This document shows positions 55,049 to 64,000 of a stretch of DNA of 64,000 nt, one piece after another. The position numbers and the translations under genes are program-made. The stretch is from the NCBI RefSeq assembly GCF_001194135.2, contig NC_069000.1, forward strand, positions 3,123,647-3,187,646. Direction: 5' to 3'. Below the pieces are notes generated by a model. It ran no database searches. It had not been told where the DNA came from and worked only from the letters and a program-made list of their open reading frames with translations. The DNA is from Octopus bimaculoides (lineage: Eukaryota). Positions within the stretch are counted from its first letter, which is position 1, and every line of letters begins with the position of its first letter.

Positions 55049-55487
55049 GCGTTCACATCATATTGCTATAGTCTACATAGGTAAAGTTATTACCACCCAA
55101 GTGCTAGTTCAGCTCACTTTCGCATCATAAATGTTCCACTGCGTAAAAGTGGAGAGCACGCAAAGGGTGTTTATCTCTTCTCAATTAATGAATGCAGATC
55201 TTTAAAAAAATATCAATATTTTAGAATATTTTTCGTAGCATTAATTCACACAAGGTATTTAATTTGATTTGAATTCGATAAAAAAAAATTCTTCATTTTT
55301 TTTTTGATATTTTTGTAAATAGATAAATAAATAAAACAGAATAGTTACATATGAAATTATTTTAGCCGAAATCCTACGCATACAATTTATAGATTCAAAA
55401 TGAAAACCTGACTCAAGTGGTAAGCGGTGTGGAATTTGAATATTTTGGAACAGAACTAAAACATCTGCTAATACTTTTTGCTAATAA

Positions 55488-55680
55488 GGTGGTCCGGTGG
55501 CAGAATGGTTAGCACGCATGGCAAAATGGTTAGCGATATGTATTCTGTTTTGAGTTTAAATGTCGCAGATGTTGACTTTGCCATGCATCCTTTCGGGGTC
55601 GAAAAAATAAGTATCAGTTAGGCACGATGTAATACAATTAAACCCCACTCCCTTGTGTCAAATTATGAAACCAATTCTTA
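55488..55680 (+). mobile_element. Meta-like SINE, diverged
   Basis: ggtggtccggtggcagaatggttagcacgc...gttgactttgccatgcatcctttcggggtcgaaaaaataagtatcag. Confidence 0.85.
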
Positions 55681-56599
55681 CTGAGGTCACATCACTATAA
55701 TTTCACAATACCAGCGGCTTTGACATTTCTTTATAATTATATGGCTGGCGAAGCAAAGCTCACCTAATATATATATCAACAGGATTTTACTGGTTCTCAC
55801 AATGAATGATCTAGCAACCAATTTATCGACACGCAAGAGAAATAACAGCCATGCCTTCCTCAAAATCATACCCTAACGTCTTGTGGGAAAAGACATTCGT
55901 TGAATGGCATTTCTGTGTTGGATTCCGTTTTCGTAGTAATATTTTTGATCAAAGGTCACCTGATACAAATCTGACCTGGAGTTAGACACTAACACGATTG
56001 GTTGAATTGTTGGTCTCTCTTTGATGAATGGCACTGATTGACGTCACATGAAAAGAAGCGAATAACATGACATTTGAAGAACGAATGATTACAACATTTG
56101 ATTTCGTCTTCAGCAAAGTCATTTACTATCTTTTACATTTCCAGCATTACTTCGGTATATTCACCAACATAAAGAACAGAATTGATCTATAGCTTTATTT
56201 TCCTCGCTTCATTGATTTATTGCACGAGGGAGTTTGTAATCCTATATGCGAATATATATCGATATATGTTTGTGCGTATTATTCGTAGATGTATGACTGT
56301 GCGGCGTGCGTGAGTTCGTATGCTGATGTTTTGTGTTTACAAAGGTCTATTCCAGCAAATACGACCGTTAGAGAACGAGAATAATATGAATTTTCTTCGA
56401 TTGTGAATCTAAAGAGTCACGGTTCCGACAATTGAAACGAAACATTTCAAAATACGTCTTTGAACGAACGGTTGCGTGAACCATATATTTACGTAGCAAA
56501 AATATACTTACATACATACATATATATACATGTATATACTTACAAACATATATACATACATATATATATTTACATACATACATATATATATATTCATGT

Positions 56600-56867
56600 G
56601 AACCGACTATGACTCTGGGATCATATTACCTTCTGGTCGAGTCTTTTTCGATTTTAGCCTGGTGTTGGACCGATAGTGGAGTGTCTGAAAATTCAATGCA
56701 TTGAACTGCCTGTTATATTTGTTAGCCCATTTGTAGATTTCGTTCAGGGCTTTCTGCAGTTTTATGATGTCAGCTGGTTTCCTAATTGCCGGCGATTCTT
56801 TTGTTTCGTCAGCATAACTGTTCACATTGATTGACTGTACCGTGGAGGGCATGTCTGAGAGGGCCAC

Positions 56868-56870
<3 letters not shown>
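56600..56870 (-). mobile_element. CR1-like LINE reverse transcriptase fragment
   Basis: ALSDMPSTVQSINVNSYADETKESPAIRKPADIIKLQKALNEIYKWANKYNRQFNALNFQTLHY: YADD catalytic box (here YADE) followed by LQ..L..I..WA..N.M.FN..KF, typical of CR1/L2 RT. Confidence 0.85.
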
Positions 56871-56903
<33 letters not shown>

Positions 56904-57711
56904 CACTCGACATTTGGAACCATTAATCCCGAGCTCTCTCCGTTTTCTTCTTTCTTTTTTCCCCTCTCATGCCTGTCTGTCGTAGAGAGAAGGCTCGAAA
57001 CATCAAATACTTTTCCTTCACCCGTCTCTCTCTTTCGTTTCTTGTACATGTAAACCATNNNNNNNNNNNNNNNNNNNNNNNNNNNNNNNNNNNNNNNNNN
57101 NNNNNNNNNNNNNNNNNNNNNNNNNNNNNNNNNNNNNNNNNNATATATATACTCATGGGCAAATAGTGTCGGAGACATAAAGAGCGCGTGATACAAGTGC
57201 AGAAAAATAAGTAATGACAATTGCTTTAAACGTTATTGTAGTAAATTTGACTTACAGCTATTTCTAGTAGCCATTATAGGTTCGGCATTGATAGGGTGAG
57301 AAGAATTGATCGACTTAAAAAATTAATGCTAATTTCGTCAGAGAAGTCATTTCTGGTTAATACAATAAATTTACTGCAATAAAGAAAATTATGTAATCGC
57401 CATTATTTATACCTTGTCTTATATACCACTCAGTGAAAAAAAAAAAACAGAATATGCAGAGAAAATGGTAAATGGTTAAACAGAAATATTCGTACTGTAT
57501 ATTCATACATGTCCCTATCTGCACCACTCACTCTATATACACATCTATCTATCTGGTCGTCATTTTGTAAGATAGTGGTAAACTGCCATAATGACCATAA
57601 TAGGCTCTAGATTAATACCTTCAAGCATCAGTCACATAAACCTTCAAAGACATATCATTGTCGTTCAAAATAACCCTGAGTCAAATGTCCATTCGATAAC
57701 GTAGACATTAC

Positions 57712-57856
57712 CGTCGAAAAGCCAGGATGATTATGTCTGGAATGTCTTCGATGATAATACTTCTCAATCACGCCTTGCTTTGATACAATAGCACCAATGA
57801 CAACATGAATATGTATAAGATTTGACAAAAGTGCACTCCACATGAAACAGTCGTTC
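57712..57856 (-). CDS. Candidate exon (145 bp), possibly containing a signal-peptide-like start
   Basis: Poly-T acceptor ctcttttttttttcttttacttttcatgaaactag|, donor ACG|gtaatg; only one frame open: NDCFMWSALLSNLIHIHVVIGAIVSKQGVIEKYYHRRHSRHNHPGFST. Confidence 0.28.
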
Positions 57857-58005
57857 CTAGTTTCATGAAAAGTAAAAGAAAAAAAAAAAGAGTAGTCATT
57901 CTGATCGGCAAACAATTTAAATAATTGAAGTAGATATCGCTTGACTCATCGGCAAAAATCGATCGTAAATGAGATCAATAATAAATAAATAAGTAGATAG
58001 ATGAA

Positions 58006-58036
<31 letters not shown>

Positions 58037-58356
58037 ATGGAAATCAGTGAAAATAAATAAAATGAATAAATGAATATGTAGAAATAATGGTAATAGTTTC
58101 GCTGCTGCCTAACTCAATCTATTTCATAGAGAGTTATTCAGTGCTTGAAAGAGTTTCATGCCATTAACTTCGAAATGTATTCTTTGATTAGATTTGGTTC
58201 CGGCAAAATAATGTGTCCACTGTGTGTGTATGTATGTATGTATGTATATATATATANNNNNNNNNNNNNNNNNNNNNNNNNNNNNNNNNNNNNNNNNNNN
58301 NNNNNNNNNNNNNNNNNNNNNNNNNNNNNNNNNNNNNNNNNNNNNNNNNNNNNNNN

Positions 58357-58411
58357 CATAATACATATACCTAAACATAAACATATATGCTTGTATGTGT
58401 GTATATACATT

Positions 58412-58443
<32 letters not shown>

Positions 58444-58525
58444 CATAATACATATACCTAAACATAAACATATATGCTTGTATGTGTGTATATACATTTA
58501 TATATATATACATATATATATATAT
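58357..58525. repeat. About 85-bp tandem duplication of AT-rich sequence beside a gap
   Basis: cataatacatatacctaaacataaacatatatgcttgtatgtgtgtatatacattta occurs at 58357 and 58443. Confidence 0.85.
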
Positions 58526-59221
58526 AAACTCTATATACGAATATATACATATACATGTTTATATATATATATAAAATAGTATATAACTTAAATATATAAA
58601 CACATGTACGTATAACTGTATATGTATAACGTATATATATATATAAATGTATATATACATGTACGTATATACATTATATATATGTACAAATACATATATG
58701 TGTATGTATAAGTTATCTATATTCATGTATGTATATTTTGACATAGTCGACTCTAATTTTATGTTAGTGTATATGTATATTTGTATATATGTAAGTAGGT
58801 ACACAGCTGGATAGGTAGTTAGGAATGTTTGTAGGTAGGGAAGTGGGTTCGTAGGTTCGTAGGTAAAGCAGTAGGTAAGTAAGTAGGGAGAAATGGAGGG
58901 TGGTTAACAGGTATGTGACTAAGTTAGAAATAAATTGATTTGAAAAGACTAAACGCATGCACATAACAGAGACTTGGGTAGAATAAAGGGGAAAGAGAGA
59001 AGCGGAAATTTATCAGTGGAGGTGAGGGGGAAACAGGCAAAAATTTAAAATCGTAATTGGGACAGTTCCAATATGCGTATTAGCAGAAAGGCACTACATA
59101 ATACATCCCCATAAACATTAAAAAACAAAAAAACGCGCTCAAAAAAATCGCGTAAATATATATAAGTGGGTGCACGTATATGTATATATATATATGTATA
59201 TACGTATATACATATACATAT

Positions 59222-59327
59222 ACGTGAAATGAAATGTCTTCTTCAAAGAAACAATCACCGCCTTGAATCGGATTGACGACCTTACGATCGTGAGCCGAAG
59301 CCCCTAACCATTATGCCACGCTCCTTC
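59222..59327 (-). mobile_element. Third SINE family, head fragment
   Basis: Minus strand gaaggagcgtggcataatggttagggg..ggctcacgatcgtaaggtcgt...aagacatttcatttcacgt; homologous to the head at 11490-11590. Confidence 0.75.
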
Positions 59328-59709
59328 AATATTTAAGACGACGCTGTTCATTTAGGCACGAAAAGATCTTCACTAATAATCTGGGAAGACAAATTATCCT
59401 CATAGAGAAGTAGGGTAAGAATGACATCATCGAGACCATTCTTATTTGGAAACAGACATATGGGAAATATCCTTTCGTTTCACTGCCCAGGATCAAGTTA
59501 AATACAGACGCTCACAGTTGTGTTTTAATCACTGTTGATTTGTGTCCCATTAATTAACTAATTCTTGACTGACAAAATTTTGCATGCGCTTGTATAGTTA
59601 TACTTTGCTGTTTGCGTAATTCGATTGTTCGTCATTCCATGAATAACAGAATTACCAGAAAAAAAAACATCATAAAAATGTTGATTAAATATGCAAGCCA
59701 GCATGCAGA

Positions 59710-59710
59710 C

Positions 59711-59785
<75 letters not shown>

Positions 59786-60290
59786 TAGAGAGAGATAGAG
59801 AGAGGGACATATTGATAAACAGATAGATGGACAGACATATGGATATATATATATATATATAGACAGACAGACAGACAGATAGACAAATTGAAAGATAAAC
59901 AGACAGATCGATAGATAGACGGACAAATCGATAGATAGACAGATAGATCGATAGATAGACAGACAAATCGATAGATAGACAGACAAATCGATAGATAGAC
60001 AGACAAATCGATAGATAGACAGACAAATCGATAGATAGACAGACAAATCGATAGATAGACAGACAGATCGATAGATAGACAGACAGATCGATAGACAGAC
60101 AGACAGTAAAATAGATCGGTAGATAAACAGATAGACAGACAGATCGATAGATAAACAGATCGACAGAGATACCGATAGATAAACAGATTGACAGACAGAT
60201 CGATAGATAGATAAACAGTTAGACAGACAGATCGATGGACAGATAGATAGATAGATAGATAGATAGAGATAAGCAGTTAAATAGATCGAT
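59710..60290. repeat. Compound (GA)n and (GATA/GACA)n satellite with a 20-bp higher-order unit
   Basis: About 10 in-register 20-mers at 59901-60100; five identical agacaaatcgatagatagac at 59961-60060. Confidence 0.95.
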
Positions 60291-60363
60291 AAAAAAAATG
60301 AGACAAAAAAAAATATGGTGAAACAAAAATAGGGTATACGTAAATATCTTAATTGATACATAG

Positions 60364-60462
60364 AATGCCGTTCTGGCAGCATATGTAAACATGGTGGTGT
60401 TGCTAGCGCTGCAAGCGGTCCGTTTAACTATATCACCTCAAGGCAAGGCAGTTCTACGATAC
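60364..60462 (+). CDS. Candidate 99-bp symmetric exon in a GC-rich island
   Basis: gatacatag|AATGCC...CGATAC|gtaaga; two frames open (NAVLAAYVNMVVLLALQAVRLTISPQGKAVLRY or CRSGSICKHGGVASAASGPFNYITSRQGSSTI). Confidence 0.25.
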
Positions 60463-61081
60463 GTAAGACTTGCTGCCAGCATTTCTGTTTTTTTCGTCAA
60501 GCAGCGTACAGAATCACCTTCATATATGTGATAAAGTTTGTAGAACATTTGATAAATCGTTATATTTACAGTAGAAAGCAGCTCCGATTCAATACAAGAA
60601 CAGTGACGTATTTATTTTTTCATTTACATTCATATAGCTTAGCAACGGCTTCTTTTTCACTCGGCTGCTGTTGATTTTTCGTCTAAATTATAGGGCTTAC
60701 GCTCAGTGAAGAGGCAATCTTTTCTAAAGATACGTGTGGAAAAGTCAAGTATTGCAAAAAAGGTTAATCTCCATGAAAACTTTTAACGCGAAGCCTTTTA
60801 TATTTCTTGGTTAGATATGTTGCAGGATTGACTTTTATGTTTAATGCTCTTTCACAAAGTTTCGATTGTTTTGTTCTCTAAAGCCATTGTACATTTTACA
60901 AGCATGACAGGCATGCAAGAGGAGCTGTTGAGCGAAGAATTTTACTTGGCAACTCGTCGTTTCTTTGTTCGATTCCATTATGCTGCATCTTCATGCGTCT
61001 ATTTTACTATATCTTCGTGGAAATACAAATAACTTTTGTGCAAAATGTGTCGCAGAGACAGGCATATCGTCTGTCTACAAG

Positions 61082-61187
61082 TTTTGACTTCAGATTCCTC
61101 CGAGGACGACTTTGCGTTTCATACTTTCGGGGTAATTGATTAGTCCCCTTCCCCCAAATTTCAGGCCTTGTGCCTATTTTAGAAAGG

Positions 61188-61238
<51 letters not shown>
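61082..61238 (+). mobile_element. 5'-truncated Meta-like SINE with long (ATT)n tail
   Basis: ccgaggacgactttgcgtttcatactttcgggg...ccccaaatttcaggccttgtgcctattttagaaaggatt then about 17 ATT units. Confidence 0.88.
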
Positions 61239-61240
<2 letters not shown>

Positions 61241-61455
61241 GGTGACGAGCTGGCAGAATCGTTAGCAGGCTGGGCGAAATGCTTAGAGTTATTTCGTCTG
61301 CCGCTACGTTTTGAGTTCAAATTCGGCCGAGGTCGACTTTGCCTTTCATCATTTCGGGGTCGATAAATTAAGTACCAGTGAAACACTTGGCACGCGTAAT
61401 CGACTAGTCCGGCCTTCCGAATGTCAGGCCTTGTGCCTATCTACAAGAGAAAGAA
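61241..61455 (+). mobile_element. Full-length Meta-like tRNA-derived SINE
   Basis: ggtgacgagctggcagaatcgttagc (A box) ...gagttcaaattc (B box) ggccgaggtcgactttgcctttcatcatttcggggtcgataaattaagtaccag (Meta-like core) ...tcaggccttgtgcctat. Confidence 0.92.
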
Positions 61456-61730
61456 TTACTATTAGTAGTATTATCATCATCATCATCATTCTTGTTATCT
61501 AACTATTATAATAATGCTTTCTATCCGGTTCCTTGCAGAAATTATAACAACCTGGTTTGTGTACATGATGTTGATTACATCGAACTGTTCACAGGCAGTT
61601 TCTGTCTCCTACTACTTCCCGTCTACATGTGAAACTCCCTTGTTTTGCGTTCTTCATCAGCTGTAACCAGTTTCTCAAACATAGTGGTTGTAGAATATTA
61701 ATCTTTCTTTTATTTCCCTCCCGTCACCAT

Positions 61731-61766
61731 TAACCCGAAGAAGGACTTTGTCCGAAACGTTGGTTA
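61731..61766 (+). ncRNA. Degenerate minimal type-I hammerhead ribozyme motif of Penelope-like-element type
   Basis: taacc-cgaaga-a-ggac(ttt)gtcc-gaaa-cgtt-ggtta: stem I taacc/ggtta, core C[U]GAAGA lacking U, stem II ggac/gtcc, GAAA, palindromic ACGT, GUU site. Confidence 0.55.
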
Positions 61767-62699
61767 TTTCACTACCCACGCCAATTTCAGTGTAATCATT
61801 TATTCTACCGACAAACTACTTTTGTTAACATAGAATATAACACATATTTCAGTATTTTACAGTCAAACTTACAAATTTCTATTAAATTCTTTGAAATGGC
61901 TTTTACCGCACAGAAATGGTTGCCGTTGAACTCTAGTAACAGATCTTATTCTCTGATTTTAATAAAAGGCTTTGTGCAGAAAACTTGTCATGCCATCATC
62001 TTCAAACAACGATTTCAGTAGAAACCGCAGACCACAATTAGCCTACTTGGAACCAGCGATTTATGAATTGCACATTTTCTTGCCATAATGGTTTATGTCA
62101 TTCAAATCATTACTAACCGATGTTTTATCATTTTTTCTGTACCAGAGACAACATTTTCTATTATGAACGTCTTTTTCATATCAGAGAATAATGTGCAATT
62201 TGAAGGATCTATGAGTGCTATTTCTAGCAAGCCAAGAGACTGTGCATACATTCAGTTGTTTGCTCAATAATTATTTCTTTTCAGAATTATACACATTTAT
62301 ATAACTCACAGTGGCAATATTTCAAATCTATAACAATGTATTCATTTACCTACGAAACATAATGTAACGAATTTTCTTTCAGTCTACTTTACCTGCACAA
62401 CTTGTATAAAAGCTATTTATAGATGCTTTTTTGAATAGTTTGCACACGCACACATCTACACACACACACTCTCTCCTTGTCTCTTTCTCTTTCTTTCGCC
62501 TCTGTTTCTCTCCCCCTCTCATTATTTCCCCTCTCTCTTTATTTCCCCTCTCTCAATAATGTAGAAAATATACAGGATACTTATCGTTAGTTTTACTGTG
62601 TTGTTATTCTCTTACAGTGAGTGTCATTCCAGAAATATAAAATATTAAAATCAACATGAATATAATGTATGTCATAAAAAGTTAGAAGAAAACGTAAAG

Positions 62700-62713
62700 A
62701 CACTGAGAGAGGC

Positions 62714-62750
<37 letters not shown>

Positions 62751-62880
62751 GAGACAGAGACAGAGAGACAGAGACAGAGAGAGAGAGACAGAGAGAGAGA
62801 GGAACAAAGAGTCAGAGACAAGGAAAAAGTGCGAGATAGACAAAGAGCGAGCGAGCAAGCGAGAGAGAGAGAGAGAAAAA
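62700..62880. repeat. Degenerate (GA)n/(GACA)n tract
   Basis: Purine-rich dinucleotide runs; source of the spurious SL-repeat ORF. Confidence 0.9.
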
Positions 62881-63347
62881 GGTAAAAATACAATGTATCT
62901 TTGACACTGAAAAAAAATTCTAAGCAGCGTATCATTCCATTTGTGTTATCTACTTCCTTCAGAAATGTTACATTGTCTTCGTATTTGCTTTTATGATAAA
63001 TTATTCAACCTTGGCAAAATCTCTATACAGATTACAAATAATCAAATAATAATATATTTGATTCAGTGAATTAAAAACATCAGATATTGATATCTGTTTG
63101 CATCGCTCGTGAACGGTCTCGTTCTCTATATCTCTATATACATCACAGACGAATATTCACACACATATATAACCTAGTATATATATAATTAGATACATTT
63201 AAACACATAAGACGTGCATTGTTAGGGCACCTAGCATACTACACTAATTTTATATGAATACTATAAAGTCCATTGATTATTTTCTGCATGCTAGGCCACT
63301 GGTAGAAACAACTTCTATAATTTTTCCTACCTTGTAAACTTTTCCTA

Positions 63348-63407
<60 letters not shown>

Positions 63408-63480
63408 CGTGATATATATGCACACACACATACTAACGCACACACACGTATAAACACTCACACATACACACACGCTAACA

Positions 63481-63523
<43 letters not shown>

Positions 63524-64000
63524 ATTGATTGAGATGCCAAAAGGATCTTAAAATACATGTATATATGTATCAATTCCATTATACTAACCAGATACTGATA
63601 TACGTTTTAGTACTCACGGACACGTGAGTATACAAATACCTACTTTTTCAGTCTACAGTATCACGTGTACAAATCACACATTAGCTGAGTTTTACTGTTA
63701 CCAAGTATAACAATGAGTTGAATGACATACAACGCAAGCTGTCATAAAATGAAATAAGACCTTTAGAGGACGTGCTAACTTTACATTATTGATTCAAAAG
63801 CAGGTGACTTTTTAACATTGAAATATACTACAATTTTCGTGAAACAATTATCAAGATAATGGACTCCCCATAATGTAAAACCTAATCATTAAACTATAAA
63901 TATTTATGATGTAAAACTTCATTAACGCTCAAAAGGATTCTTGCATATTTATAGCTATATATCTATCTGTCTGTCTCTCTGTGTGTATATATATATATAT

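Larger units (their letters stand above)
6941..58356. other. Thirteen further assembly gaps, mostly bounded by (TA)n
   Basis: N runs at 6941-7251, 7925-8236, 11837-11904, 22118-22584, 24260-24769, 27850-27859, 35690-36290, 46279-46746, 47554-47855, 49124-49243, 51546-51653, 57059-57142, 58257-58356. Confidence 0.95.

Noticed and set aside
50262-56046. Isolated perfect CRE palindromes TGACGTCA at 50262-50269 and 56039-56046
   Set aside because: One or two 8-mers in 64 kb is near chance expectation without chromatin data.
6770-58579. Long ORFs containing X runs or YI/CV/TH/SL dipeptide repeats
   Set aside because: They are translations of N gaps and (TA)n, (TG)n, (CA)n or (GA)n microsatellites.
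59558-60382. 274-aa ORF, the longest N-free ORF
   Set aside because: LSIY/LSVC repeats are the stop-free strand of the GATA/GACA satellite.

Overview
AT-rich, microsatellite-dense eukaryotic (metazoan) genomic DNA with 14 assembly gaps (about 3.5 kb of N). The SINE types and extreme (TA)n/(CA)n/(GATA)n density suggest an octopod cephalopod; this is inference from remembered repeat consensus, not a database search. No complete protein-coding gene, tRNA, rRNA or CRISPR array is visible, and nearly all supplied ORFs are microsatellite or N-gap artefacts. Well-supported content: (i) about 20 tRNA-derived SINE copies in three families (CORE-like with an internal microsatellite, Meta-domain-like, and a third family), one with a 16-bp target-site duplication; (ii) decayed LINE fragments (CR1-like RT, RTE-like C-terminus, two restriction-like-endonuclease C-termini); (iii) the 5' end of a probable Tc1/mariner element and a possible MITE; (iv) several minisatellites. 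The most interesting small signal is a degenerate Penelope-type minimal hammerhead ribozyme motif at 61731-61766. Several GT-AG-bounded, phase-compatible open segments on the minus strand may be exons of a large-intron gene that I cannot identify; those calls are low confidence. I find no convincing evidence of a novel multi-gene system here.
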